64,000 nt of DNA from contig OX597819.1 in assembly GCA_951406725.2 (NCBI GenBank), positions 123,132,001-123,196,000 of the forward strand. The letters run 5' to 3'. Source of the stretch: Octopus vulgaris. Lineage: Eukaryota. Of this stretch, positions 26,866-40,639 are shown in pieces (position 1 is the stretch's first letter; every line of letters starts with the position of its first letter). Under the pieces are notes generated by a model that saw only the letters and a program-made list of their open reading frames with translations, was not told the origin of the DNA and did not search any database. The translations under genes were made by a program, and so were the position numbers.

Positions 26866-27233
26866 ATATATATATATATACGGATATATATGTGTGTGTG
26901 TGCGCGCGCGCGTGTGTGTGTGTACGTGTGTGTGTGTTCTCTGTATATATTTCCCTTAATAATTAACATTGTGAACAGGAAGTAGCGGCTTACATTCATA
27001 TACTTGTTTTCTTTTCTTCGTAATGGCTTTCACACAGTTACCATCCAGCCAATTTCGCTTGCGGAGTATGGATCCTTCCGAATATTTTGAAAACGATACC
27101 TGCCTAAGACGACACACAGCAGAATCGAAACTAGGATTCCATGACTGAAAAGCCTACATCTAAATCGTTCGGTTATACAGCGTCTCTCCCTCTCTCTCCC
27201 TCTATCTATTTATCTATCTATTTATCTATTTCT

Positions 27234-27272
<39 letters not shown>

Positions 27273-27536
27273 TGAGTATGTAAGTATGTATATGCATATA
27301 TATATGTATACATATATACACATGCACACACATAAACACACGCACATTCATAGAATCAACCAAGTGTAATTGTGCAACAGTACCATGTTAACCAAATATG
27401 GCTGGGGTGAAATACTCGTCATACCAACAGAAATCTATGCATGGTTATTTATGCCGAGCACTAGAGAGTACCAGTAACATTGACAAGACTAGTAACCTTT
27501 TGGTAGACATATCCAAATGCATCGCATATCACTTGG

Positions 27537-27772
<236 letters not shown>

Positions 27773-28696
27773 GTGCAGAGGGACCAAGGATCAACTCCTG
27801 ATAGATAAATCTGTACTCAAAGACTGCAAGAGGAGGAAAAGTTACTTAGCCATGTCATGGATCGACTATCATAAGGCGTACGATATGATCCCATATTCTT
27901 GGATTATGGAGTGTATGAACCTGTTTGTGATTGCGTCAAATGTTGAGCGATTTCTTGGGAAAAGTATGGCAAATTGGAGGACGGACCTGACAGCATACGG
28001 AAGAAGTTTAGGGACAGTAGAAATTAGGAGGGGCATCTTCCAAGGGGACTGCCCGTCCCCACTGATCTCTGTACTGTGCTTGATACTACTGACACTGATT
28101 CTGAGGAAAGCAAAAGCTGGGTATATATTCAAAAGCCGCCAACAAAAAGTCAACCATTTGTTATTCATGGATGATCTCAAACTTTATGGTAAAGATGAAG
28201 CCCAAGTTAGTTCCCTCGTTGATACGGGGTATACTTTCAGCGCTGATATCAGAATGGAGTTCGGACAGAGAAAGTGTGGTGTGTTAGTATTGAAGAGAGG
28301 CAAAATCAAATGTATGGACGAGTTAATGATACCGTCGGGGGAGGTTATGAATCAGATAGAAGAGACGGTGTATAAGTACTTGTGGATTTTGGAAATGGAT
28401 ATATTGATAGAGAAAAAAATGACAGAAAGATTTAAGGTGAAGTACTTACCCAGACTGAGATTGATACTTAAGTCAAAATTAAACGGATGGAATAATATCG
28501 AAGCAATCAACACCTGGGCCATGTTACTCCTTAGATATGGAGCAGAGCTAATCGCATGGATTAAGTATGCAATAAGTACGGACTTGACAGAGCAAAAAAT
28601 TGCTACGACCACAAACCTGAAGGCATTGTCGAAAATAGAAATGCAAAGATCCTATAGGATTTTATGATTCAGTGCGACCATGAGATTGAGAATAGC
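27773..28696 (+). mobile_element. R4/Dong-like non-LTR retrotransposon fragment (RT, internally deleted)
   Basis: [40 protein letters not shown]. It then jumps to [29 protein letters not shown], which precedes the restriction-like endonuclease PD motif in this clade. Confidence 0.8.
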
Positions 28697-30554
28697 TGCT
28701 ACGTAGTATCAGAGCGTGCTAGAAATAGCAACAAAATCTTTGCGCCGTTGTGGGTATTTATATCCTGAAAATCTCTAATATCTTGAAAACTACTTAACCG
28801 ATTTACGTGAAACTTGTTTCATTCGATTCGTATTAACATTTCAGAGTACCTTAATTCATAATAGTTTCCCATTATGAGCCAGTTTTGCTGGTTAACATTA
28901 CAAATAAGCAAGTAAGATTGAAACTGATTATATATATACTTATATAATTGTGCTACGTGGGACAGTATTATTTATTAAATGTATAGGTCTACATGTATGT
29001 TAGGGTAATCGAATTTGCCTCTATGTGGAAACTGTTTTCGACTACAGGGCTACTTCCAGATATGACAGAGGGCCAGACATCATGAGTACAGGACTGTATC
29101 AACTGATTGTCTTCACTTCTGGCTGGCCTACTAGCTGCATCAGACTTCCAGCTGGGCTGCTAATAAGAATCAAATAGAGGTTGGCAGGAAATCATACATC
29201 GTAATTTTTTGTTTGTCTCTCTTGCTCCAACAAGTCCAGAATGTCATTTCTGTAGCCATTTCATCTGTGACAAAATGGTTTTAACAAAATATGTAAATAA
29301 TAATAACCGTCACACTTTGTCATCTCTTCCACAAGGAATTCTCTCTTTAAATTTGCCTTTGCCTTATCGGCCCAAGTTGCCCTTGTTCCCTCCCTACGCT
29401 CAAATACAAACCACATGAGCCGAAGAGGCAGCTTCTTTCGGATTGCTTGACTTTCTTTAAACAACGGCAAAATCAGCTTCATGCTATAAACCGCCGTCTC
29501 GAAAATGGATGCAAACATTTAATAATGTAGTCCTAGATACCCAGTTCCTGAGAAGACAGGATGCTCATGGTTTGAAACACATTTAATTTTGTTGATTTAC
29601 AATTAAACAACGAAATGCACCACCAACAATTGCTGCATTATAAGTTTGCATGACTTGCTATAAACAACAGTCAATTCTCCTTATCTGAAATAATTAATTA
29701 TAGATCAAACAATATAATCGTTGATCAAAGGCCTGGAGTTTAAGGGCTGATGTGGAGCTAAACAACAACTGTTGCCAGCTTATAACTTTCTCAACTCAAT
29801 ATATATCTTCAATCTGTAGAAATCAACCCTGAATAACAGCTGGCCCATAATCAAAATGTGTTCTAACCATGACCAACCTGTAATTCTGTTTTTAAATTCA
29901 AACATTTTAGAAGCACATTGACCAATGTGTCATTCAATTTTTAAAAGCATGTATGTTGTGATCTAAGGGAAATTTCACTGCGTTTTGTTAAAATTCAAGT
30001 TACCACGTAGGCGCTCTCTCGTTGAAATATAAACATATTTTGTCGTAAAATAAAGATGTATGTAAGTTATTGATTTTGAAAAAGAAAAATAAATATAAAA
30101 AGAGGAGAGTAGTAAGTTGAACATTCAAGAACAGATGGAACGTGGAGGAAGAAATAGAATACAAAGCAAGATAAAACATGATAGCTAAAGAACAATCCAC
30201 ACGGAATAAACAGCTGTTTGTTCAATTATCTTATTTATATTTCCTTCCAGTACAGACTGCATGAATGTCATTGGACTTTGTTAAATAGCACGTAATTTGA
30301 AGACTGTAATAAAATGGTGCCATAAACATGACAGTAAATATAATTCAGTGAACCATTATTACACAGACAAGCTGACATGTTTGTGTACGCAGAGGGGGTA
30401 TGCAAATATGTACAATTTTCATCTCTAGAAAAGGATTTTTTAATGGATACGTTATGAAACAAGAACTTCGTCAATTTGAATTTTTAATCGCATTTATAGA
30501 AATAAACGTTCACGCGGCATCTAAATATATTTATAAATATAGTAATTCTCTGAA

Positions 30555-30934
30555 GCACTCCGTCGGTTACGACGACGAGGGTTCCGGTTAATCTGAATCA
30601 ACGGAACAGCCTGCTCGTGAAATTAACGTGTAAGTGGCTGAGCACTCCACAGACACGTGTACCCTTAACGTAGTTCTCGGGGATATTCAGCGTGACACAG
30701 AGAGTGACAAGGCCGGCCCTTTGAAATACAGGTACAACAGAAACAGGAAGTAAGAGTGAGAGAAAGTTGTGGTGAAATAGTACAGCAGGGATCACCACCA
30801 TCCCCTGCCGGAGCCTCGTAGAGCTTTTAGGTGTTCTCGCTCAATAAACACTCACAACGCCCGGTCTGGGAATCGAAACCGCGATCCTATGACCGCGAGT
30901 CCGCTGCCCTAACCACTGGGCCATTGCGCCTCCA
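30555..30934 (-). mobile_element. SINE family C, full length
   Basis: Reverse complement of the 21617-type element. Confidence 0.88.
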
Positions 30935-31961
30935 CTATATAGTAATTATGCAATGTAGGAGTCAGTTATTTTCACCATTCAGAACTACTAAATATGTTAT
31001 TTTTGTGTGTATTTTTAATAGAGCAGTTTAACATAAAATAACAAATTTAATTGTTGTTGTGTTTACTGATAGAATTTAATTGCATTTGCTGAAAATAAGT
31101 CCCTTGTGGGATTTTATAAGCCTCAGAATATTTTCCTCTTTGTTCAATTCGTTTCGGTGGCTATTTTATTTTCTTGGATTCTTTTCTTTTCTACTTGTAT
31201 CTCCTTTAACACACACACACACATACATACACATATCATTCAACTACTACCGTAGTTGAATGATATTCTTAAGGCCACAATTTACTCACACCTAGCATCT
31301 TTCAGAGCTTGTCGCTAATTCATTTAATAACCAAATTGAACACTGTTAACATTTTTGAAGAGAACTGGATCCTGGTCACATTTCGGCATAACATAATTGA
31401 GATTTGATCCAGTACAAAAAAAGTTTACGTCAAAATTTGTAGCAACGTAATGGGAGAGTTGGTAACGCCACCAATGAAGTTTAGTTCTAACTTTTTTTAA
31501 TTTTTAAAGCAAAACATTTTATCTTAGCTTCAATGATAGAGAACAAGCATGACGAATTTCATAGTTTTAAATCCACGCAACAAAAATTTGTACAAAAGGG
31601 TTGAGGTAAAGTATCATGAGAAAAACTAAGTAAGGCAAAAAATTGGATTTACGTATAATTCACTTTTTTATATTAAAAGCAATCTATATTTTAATTAAGC
31701 TAAAGGATAGAACTCAATTTGAAGAATTTCATGGTATAAAATTTATGCAATGAAATTTTAAAAGAACAAAGTTATCAGTGTTTGTTTCTCAAATTTGAGG
31801 GTGATAATATTGTTCTATACTTTTTATGAATATAGTGCTATAAGGGAACTTTTAATATATGTCACCAGTGTCATTGATGTAAGGAAAAATTATCAACGAC
31901 ACCGCTAATTTGACACATTATTAAATAGCATAATAGCATAGCCTGGAAAAACATGGATTAC

Positions 31962-33208
31962 ATGGAAAAATGCGAGCAAGAGAAATAATATTCTTAAGAT
32001 TATAAACCTGGAAAATTACAGGACAAGCTATTGCACTTGGAAAAGTTCAGGACAACTTATTAGATCTGGGAAAGTACAGAACAAGAAAAGTTTTACTTGA
32101 AGTATTGCAGCAAAGGATGAAATTTCAAATAAAATATTTAGATTTAAAAAATAGTAGCTTTTATTAAAACTAAAAATTTTGTTACAAGTTATTGTTACAA
32201 GATAGCTTAATTAAAATATATTTTGCACTTTGAGATAATTGATTTTTTTCTTATTGCCCACAGTGGGCTAAAGAAAAAGGGAAGAAACAAGGACAGACAA
32301 AGGGATTAAGTCTATTACATCGACCCCAGGATGTAACTGATACTTAGTTAATCGACCCCGAAAGTATGAAATTCAAAGTAGACCTCGGCGGAATTTGAAC
32401 TCAGAACATAATGGCAGATGAAATACCAATTTCTTTACTACCCACAAGTGGCTAAACACAGAGGGGACAAACAAGGGCAGACAAAAGGATTAAGTCGATT
32501 ATATCGACCCCAGTGTGCAACTGGTACTTAATTTATCGACTCCGAAAGGATGAAAGGCAAAGTCGACCTCGGCGGAATTTGAACTCAGAACGTAACGGCA
32601 GACGAAATACCGCAAAGCATTTCGCCTGGTGTGCTAAAGTTTCTGCCAGCTTATTAATTAATAATTGCAAATTTGAAAATAGGTTATTAAAAAAAATAAT
32701 AGTAGTACATAATTAGTTGGTATAATAAATAGAATAATACAAAAATTATTTATATATTACAGTAAAATCTACCTATAACAACAAATTCACAGTAAAACTT
32801 TCTTGAATTTTTCCCTTACTTATTGCCACGTCTTCGCATTCTTATTCTTGATCCAATGCCTATTTTTTACATAATGAATTTGCCCACCATATATACTATT
32901 CTACTTTGCATAACACTTTAGCTATATTGCTACTTCTGGTTCTCATATTTTAAATATTCTAGTGTGTCAATATTTTAACACAATGATGGTACCTTTTTTA
33001 ATTATAATGTTACTTTGTAAATCAAAATCATTTTTAATATTCAAATTTTATCCTTTGCTGCAATATTTTAAGTAAAACTTTCCCTGTTCTGTACTTTGCC
33101 AAATGTAATGAGTTGTCCTGAACTTTTCCAAGTGTAATAAATTGTCCTGTAATTTTCCAGGTTTATAATCTTAAGAACATTATTTCTCTTGCACGTATTT
33201 TTGCATAT
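31962..33208. mobile_element. Non-autonomous foldback/TIR element with ~170 bp inverted arms
   Basis: 31962-32130 is the diverged reverse complement of 33040-33208 (CTTAAGATTATAAACCTGGAAAATTACAGGACAA...). Confidence 0.7.
32248..32652 (-). mobile_element. SINE family A dimer inside the TIR element
   Basis: Two tandem units plus head. Confidence 0.85.
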
Positions 33209-33224
33209 AATTGATTTAAGTTGG

Positions 33225-33660
33225 AAATGTGGCAGAATCGTTAGCAAATTGCGTCCATCTTTATGTTCAGAGTTCAAATTCTGCCGACGTTGATTTTGTC
33301 TTTCATTCCTTTCAGACTCAATGAAATAAGTACCAGCTGAACATTGCGGTCGATGTAATCGACTTGCCCCCTCGCCGGGCATTTCTGACGTTGTGCCAAA
33401 ATTTGAAAGCAGGAGCTGGTCGAAACGTTAGCACGCCGGGCGAAATGTGTAGCCGTATTGCGTCCATCTTTATGTTCTGAGTTCAAATTCCGTCGAGGTC
33501 GACTTTGCCTTTCATCCTTTCGGGGTTTGAACTCCACCAACATAGACTTTTCCCTTCATCCTTTCAAGGTCTTTGAAATACGCGCCATTTGAGCACTGGG
33601 GCTGATGTAATCGACTTACCCATAACCCCTTAAATTGTTAGCCAGCTGCCAAAATTTGCA
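33225..33660 (+). mobile_element. Cluster of diverged SINE family A copies
   Basis: Repeated GAGTTCAAATTC..CGA.GT.GA.TTTG.CTTTCAT blocks. Confidence 0.7.
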
Positions 33661-33749
33661 AATAATACACATAATAATCAATGTGTTCTTTAATATGGGT
33701 TTTTAGTCACATTCAGATTCTATTCCTCTTCTCTCTCTCCCTCTCTCTC

Positions 33750-33786
<37 letters not shown>

Positions 33787-34406
33787 TAGCACCGAGGAGA
33801 TACAGAGATCGAAACGTTCATGTACAGATGATTTAAAACAAAACAGAATATTTACTTTTACTTAGATTTTAGCTAGTGATTTATGATTGAAGATAAACAG
33901 AGAGTTTGGAAGAAAAAAAGAACGAAATCGCCTTTTAATAATTCTCTAGCGAATGCTAAATTTAACAGGATTTGAAACTTAGCGCTTTGATTTTGCATTG
34001 AACAATAATTACTTCCATCTCAAAAGAGATGAAATTAAACTATCCTTCTTGATTGAAAATGCGCTAAGATGTGATAAAACCACATATCCATCATAAGGGA
34101 AAACTTTGACCTGGGAGTATTTTTATATTTTACTTATTTCAGTCGTTGGACTGCAGCCATGAGGAGGAGAGAGACACCACCTAGTAGGGATTCAGCGAAA
34201 CAAAGCGACTCGGTACTTAGTTTTAAGTTTGGTACTTATTCTATCAGTTTCTATTGTCGAACCGCTATGTTTCGAGGAAGTAAACAAACACTGGTTGTTA
34301 AGCAAAAATGGGAGCCAACAAAAAAACATACATACATACATACACACATACATACATACATACATACATACATACATACATACATGCCGAGTGCATCTTC
34401 TTGTCA

Positions 34407-34636
34407 GGCGGCGAGCTGGCAGAAACGTTAGCACGCCGGGCGAAATGCTCAACAGTATTTCGTCTGCCGTTACGTTCTGAGTTCAAATTCCGACGTGGTC
34501 GACTTTGCCTTTCATCCTTTCGGGGTCAATTAAATAAGTACCAGTTACGCACTGGGGTCGATGTAATCGACTTAATCCCTTTGTCTGTCCTTGTTTGTCC
34601 TCTCTGTGTTATCCCCTTGTGGGCAGTAAAGAAATA
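34407..34636 (+). mobile_element. SINE family A monomer
   Basis: GGCGGCGAGCTGGCAGAAACG...GTGGGCAGTAAAGAAATAG. Confidence 0.88.
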
Positions 34637-34883
34637 GGAGAGTGTTATCTCTTGATTGAACCTTGCAAGTCCATGTTCGCTCATGTGGCTCTCCTTCTCA
34701 AACTTCGCCATGAAAGTCAATTCATAGATGTAACACTTGAACCGACTGCCTTCTGACATTACTGGCTGAGTTATGACCTCGTGTATTAGTTTACATGCCG
34801 GTCAGGCGACCATCTGATCTGCAAATCAATCGACGCTCATCACAATTGTGCTACGGCAGAAACATTCCTCAAATTGTTTATTT

Positions 34884-35156
34884 TCACTTTGGTTTATTTG
34901 AGATTTGATGGTTGACTATTCCAGCTTTTGAGAGAAGAAATTGTCTACACAAATTGCACTTCAATTTCAGTTGATTTTTTTTTTCTATATGAAGCACTGC
35001 ACTTGAGTCGTAGTTACTGAATAAACACTTCAGAATAACGTTCGCCTTTTGTTTTTGCTGATAGGCATCACATCTCTTCCTGACAAATTGTCTCCATGAT
35101 GTACGGTTTTCAAGTAATGTCTCCCAGTTAACCACATAATTCCCTAAAGCTTTCAT
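34884..35156 (-). pseudogene. RTE-clade LINE C-terminal remnant
   Basis: WETLLENRTSWRQFVRK...CNLCRQFLLSKAGIVNH resembles the RTE C-terminal WE.LA.DR..WR motif plus C2H2-like finger. Confidence 0.6.
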
Positions 35157-35485
35157 TAACCTTTTCTAACAACCCTATGCATGTTTTATAAGACACATAG
35201 ATACATGTATAGACGTATGCAAGCTTATATACATACATGAATACATATATTAAATAAGAATGCTCAGTGTGTAAAAGCTCTCTATATAGTAGCGTTACCT
35301 CCAGTCGCATTAAAATCGATTAAGTTGTCAAAGCATTCCGTTCGAAGCCAAAATAAATCGTTTTTAATGCATGAAAGTACAATAATGTCTGGTCAAATAA
35401 CAGATACAGTACTGTCTGTACTAAGCAACCCGCACTTATTATTTTTTCGAATGGTTAATTTTATTAAAATACACGAAGACAACGT

Positions 35486-35890
35486 TATTCTTTTCTTTAT
35501 TGCCCATAAAGGGCCAACATAGATGGGGACAATACAACATGATATGGGGGTCATGTACATCGAATGGGATTATAAAATTTTGTATAAAAATGATTACAGA
35601 TGAAACACAAATTACAAAACAAACGATATGAGGTTAAAAAAAACAAATGTGCTCCGACCCCACAAACTTGTCTTTTAAACCGACACCTTTTGGAAGTCCT
35701 TACAGCGTGTTCACGCAAGGCCTTTCATTCCCAGCATCCGTGCAACACGCATCTATCTTTTTGTTGTACGCAGACTCTGACAGACACCCCTCTGGCCCCA
35801 CCTTCCTTTTCAAATGGAACGTAAAAACATTCACCAAGGCGAGACCAGAGATAATATTGATGAAGACAACATTATTGCGAACCAAGTACC
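35486..35890 (-). mobile_element. 3' end of a Tx1/L1-like LINE (ORF2 C-terminus plus 3'UTR)
   Basis: ISGLALVNVFTFHLKRKV..E..LS resembles Tx1-type ORF2 ends as recalled. The 3' terminus GGCCCTTTATGGGCAATAAAGAAAAGAA matches the SINE A tail. Confidence 0.5.
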
Positions 35891-36305
35891 TATTTCTTTA
35901 TTACCCACAAGGGCTAAACACAGAAAGGACGAACAAGGACAGACAAACGGATTAAGTCGATTATATCGACCCCAGTGCGTAACTGGTACTTAAGTTATCG
36001 ACCCCGAAAGGATGAAAGGCAAAGTCGACCTCGATCGAATTTGAACTCAGAAAGTAACGGCAGACGAAATACCTATTTCTTTACTACCCACAAGGGGCTA
36101 AACACAGAGAGGACAAACAAGGACAGGCAGACGGATTGAGTCGATTATATCGACCACAATGCGTAACTGGTACTTATTTAATCGACCCCGAGCGGATAAA
36201 AGGCAAAGTCGACCTCAGAGGAATTTGAACTCAGAAAGTAACGGCAGACGAAATACGGCTACGCATTTCGCCCGGCAGGCTAACGTTTCTGCCAGCATGC
36301 CGCCT
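35891..36305 (-). mobile_element. SINE family A dimer with a single TSD
   Basis: GAACCAAGTACC at 35879-35890 and 36312-36323. Confidence 0.88.
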
Positions 36306-36985
36306 TTTTGTGAACCAAGTACCACCGAGTTACATATAACTATAAGGAGCACAGGTTCTCGAGCTTTACTTTATTCTTGTTTTGTAATGCTAACATTTCT
36401 CTGTTTCGCAATTAGCATATTTCATTGTATTTCAGGATGGCTATAAAATCAATAATAAGCACAAACAGTGGCTCGGTTTCACTGGTTTATTATTTATTTT
36501 ATTATATAATCGATGGAGTAATCGATTGCCAGATTAATTGTTTGATTAATCAAACCATCAATAATGCTTGCCAAAGCTCTTTAGTCACCATTCGTGATCT
36601 CATCAATGATATGCTTTCTCTATGTCAGATCTGCTTCAGGTATGTTTTAGTTAATCGGCTAAATGGTTAACCAATTAACAAATGTATGATAAAGAAGCGA
36701 AGTTGTAGATTCAGTTCGTGCGTTAATTATTGGCGTAAGAAACCTCTTGAGATACTACAAAATAAGTTCCATCTCACGAATTAATATTAAGAAGCTTGCG
36801 ATCCAAATATAAAAACGGAGCAATTTTTATGGTTAATGTGACTTTACTGACCTCCGCATCCGATAATCAAAACTAGTGTGGTATTAGGTTATTAAATAAA
36901 CATGGTTTTCAGCCTCACTTGCAGCACTTTTCTCTCATATTATTAATCATTACAATATTATTTAAATGAATATGTATAGATTATA

Positions 36986-37174
36986 CGCGCAGGCATGGCT
37001 GTGCGGTTAAGAACCACGATTTGAAAACCATATGCATTCACTCCCACTGCGTGATAGCTCGGGCAAATGTCTTCTGCTAAAGCCTAGGGTCGACCAGTGT
37101 TGTGTGAGAGAATTTGGTTGACGGAAACTGTGTGGAGACTTGTCGTATACATACATACAGACATGCATATTCAC

Positions 37175-37228
<54 letters not shown>

Positions 37229-37650
37229 GAATAAAATATCTCTTTTACTCATCTATTTGCATCAGTCATTTGACTGCGGCCATGCTGGGGCACCGCCTTT
37301 AGTCGAGCAAATCGAACCCAGGACTTATTCTTTGTAAGCCCAGTACTTATTCTATCGGTCTCTCTTTGCCGAACCGCTAAGTGACGGGGACATAAACACA
37401 CCAGCATCGGTTGTCAAGCAATGCTAGGAGGACAAACACAGACACAGAAACATACACACACATATATATATATATACATATATACGACAGGCTTCTTTCA
37501 GTTTCCGTCTACCAAATCCACTCACAAGGCGTTGGTTGGCCCGAAGCTATAGTAGAAGACACTTGCCCAAGGTGCTATGCAGTGGGACTGGACCTAAAAC
37601 CATGTAGTTGGTAAGCTAGCTACTTCACCACTCAGCCACTCCTGCGCCTA
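36986..37650. mobile_element. Two convergent SINE family B copies (old plus-strand head 36986-37150, younger minus-strand copy 37240-37650)
   Basis: Head motifs on both strands, separated by (CA)n. Confidence 0.8.
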
Positions 37651-38134
37651 TAATATAATAGCTTCATTCTGTATTTCATCACTGATATACTCTGTAATTA
37701 CCATACCAAATTACTAATTGCTGATGAACTTCGAATTTTCATTTTCTACCTGACAGACGCAAATAACCTATACAGACTGCTATTGCTTTTATTAGGTTAT
37801 TAACCAGGTTTATTACAAAGGTCCCTTATTGAGATATTTACCTGAGCATTTTCCCTGATCGGAACTGGCCACGGCATGAATATGAATAAAATAGACAAAT
37901 ACTGGTATGCTAAATACCTTACAACAAAAGTTCTTTATTTATTAAAATTATCTGCGCCTCTTGACCGTGTACCGTTATTAACAAATAATAATAATAATTA
38001 TGATCAGGTACACTTGAATTGGAGAAGTAAGTTCAAGATTTTAAGATTTCCCCAAAGATATTTGCATTGAGGCAAGACGACAGTTATGGACGCTTGCTTC
38101 TGGCTAAGTAGCCCTTATCAGCACGACTATTGTC

Positions 38135-38424
38135 ATGCAACTGGTGCTGAAAAGTTGCTGGCTTTAAGGGTATCGCGAAAGACTCGACCTTCCGAGTTCT
38201 TTTACAGCGTTTAGTAAAACCTAAGGACCGCTGCAATAAGTGTGTGGATCTGAAAGGGGAATAAGTTGAATAAAATCATAATTACTTGATCCTTCTGCAT
38301 TCATGGCTTTGCTTTTTGCTTCTCCCTACATGGCCTTGCTTTTTGCTTTTTGAGCCAAAAAATTAACTAACTAACTAACTAACTTTATTATACCCAAAGT
38401 CACCAACTTTTCAGCAACCCCACG

Positions 38425-38426
<2 letters not shown>
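38135..38426 (+). mobile_element. Mariner-derived MITE
   Basis: Imperfect TIRs GGTGCTGAAAAGTTGCTGGCTTT / AAAGTCACCAACTTTTCAGCAACC. The interior encodes KCVDLKGE*VE*, like a mariner C-terminus. Confidence 0.65.
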
Positions 38427-38456
<30 letters not shown>

Positions 38457-38464
38457 TATAAGAC

Positions 38465-39715
38465 GGAGATGGAAATAACACAGAAGTAAATCTAGGACAT
38501 TTTAAAATTAGAACGAACTTAATAAAATGATTTTTTAAATTATATAAAGAAAATAATATAATTTTCAATGACGAATTTCATCTTATCAAATATCAGTAAG
38601 AATATATAAAAATTTGAAGTAAAACGAGTTTATCTACTGTCTCCAATCAAAAACATGTCTGGAGATTTTTCGTTGATATCTTCTTTAATATTTAATATAG
38701 TTTGGTATAGTGTTCAAGGTGTTAGAGAGTCAGAGAGTGGGTGTAGTTTTCTATTGTCTAAAAGAAATCGTTGTGGGTTCCTGCAAAGGAAAGCATTTAC
38801 TGAAATGTTTGGAAGAATTTACTGAATGGGTTTTACGTCCACCTGTGTATGAATATGTGTATGTGTGTGTGTGTATTGTGTTGAATGTCCTTTCAATATG
38901 TTTGGAATATGACCAGCTGTGTGTTGATGGGTGTGTATGCTTTTTGAGATGCTTTCTTTTGTCTGTATATGTGCTTGTGTGTGTGTGTGTGTGTTTGTGT
39001 ATGCAGATGAGTGTGTATGTGTGTTTTGCGATGTTTTCCTTTGTATGTATGCGTGTGTAACTATGTGTGTGTTTGTGTGTAGCTTTTTGTGATGTTTTCT
39101 TTTGTGTGTGTATGGGTGTTCCTCTGTGTGTGTGTGTGTGTGTGTGTGTGCAGAAATGCATGTTTGATTTTGCGAAGGTTTGTTGAAGACGCTCAAAAGA
39201 ATACATCTAACCCAAAGGAAAATCCGAATTCTTTCTTCAGCAAGACATTCATCACAACATACCCATCAACAGACATCTGGTCACATTCCAAAAATATTGA
39301 AAGGACATCCAATACAATACACCAACACACACACACACACACACACTCATACACAGGTAGACGTAAAACCCATTCAATAAATGCTTTCAAGTCACTTCCT
39401 TGGCAGGAACCCACAAAGATTTCTTTTAGACACTAGACAACTACACCCCCTCATTTACTCTCTAACACTTTGAACTCTATACTAAACTATATTTAAAGAA
39501 GACTTCAACGAAAAATCTCCAGATGTGTTTTTGACCTCCAGACAGAAGATAAACTGTTTTTACTTCAATTTTTTATAAATTTTTACTGCTGTTTGATGAG
39601 ATGAGATACAACATCGAAACTGGTAATATTTTCTTTATATAATTTTTCAAATCATTTTATTAGATTCCTTCTTAAATTAAAAATGTTTTAGATTAACTTC
39701 TGTGCTACATCCACC
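38465..39715. mobile_element. Old inverted (palindromic) Penelope-like relic
   Basis: 38465-38935 and about 39255-39715 are diverged inverted repeats. Degenerate hammerhead TTGATGA-gatg..catc-GAAAC-tg-GTA at about 39593-39626. (TA)n flanks. Confidence 0.6.
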
Positions 39716-40639
39716 TACATCATTTATATATAAAAATTTGGTTTGTATAAATCTCTAATCTTTTTTTCAACTATATATATATATGTATGCGTGTGTGTGT
39801 GTGTATTTATATTTCTGTTTGCGTGAGTATTTCCCCACCCACCATTTATATATCGATGGAATTATTACCAGTTTTAAGAAATAAATACAAGATTAATTTG
39901 TTCGATTTAGCCGTTCAATGCCGTGCTCTAGCATGGCTGGCGTCCAATTGACTGGAAAAAAATTAAAAGAAAACAGAAAATATAAATTGAATTATCTGTC
40001 ATGGTTATCCTATGTCATTTTATGCCCTTAATTTGCTAAACGTTAAAGTAGTCTTAACTAATTTGTATGGCTCTTCGATAAAAATTCCACGTATTATTGG
40101 AATATTGTGACCATTTAAGTCAAAATGGAGGACCATCATGATAGATTATGGATTTAGGAAATGTTACTTTTTTTCTATAATATAATTAACTTAAGCCTAA
40201 TAGTAGTGTAATAAAACCAGTCCATAATTCAGTTAGTTGTAGAAAACCCAGCAAAATGACAATTATGGAAATTCTTCTCTATGCTAATTAACGAAAACCT
40301 TATTGTGGTACATTTATCGCATGCTTTGTTATTAAAACATCATATCCTATTTAACCCTTTGCATTTCCCTGAACATTTTCAAATATTTGTCCTTAAGGTC
40401 CATGCTTATTTTCAACCCTAGTTAACCCTTGTTAGATACGTTCTGAATAATATAAAACTTTCTTTCGTAATCGCAAGTCATTCTGGTGATGGAAATAAAC
40501 TGGGAAAGTATATCATATATGGTGCATTGGTGCTGTGGAAATATGTCAAGTGTACCAAAGGACAAGACAATGTTAAAAGAGTAAGCAATAAGTTAACGAA
40601 AATTTGATTACTATTTCTAGCAGATAGCACAACTGTGTA

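Noticed and set aside
29209-29518. Short ORFs in unique sequence as possible host exons
   Set aside because: No recognisable domain or convincing splice context. They cannot be excluded without RNA data.
31232-31265. Perfect 15-bp hairpin ATATCATTCAACTAC/GTAGTTGAATGATAT
   Set aside because: Short isolated fold-back with no supporting context, not interpretable as a terminator in a eukaryote.
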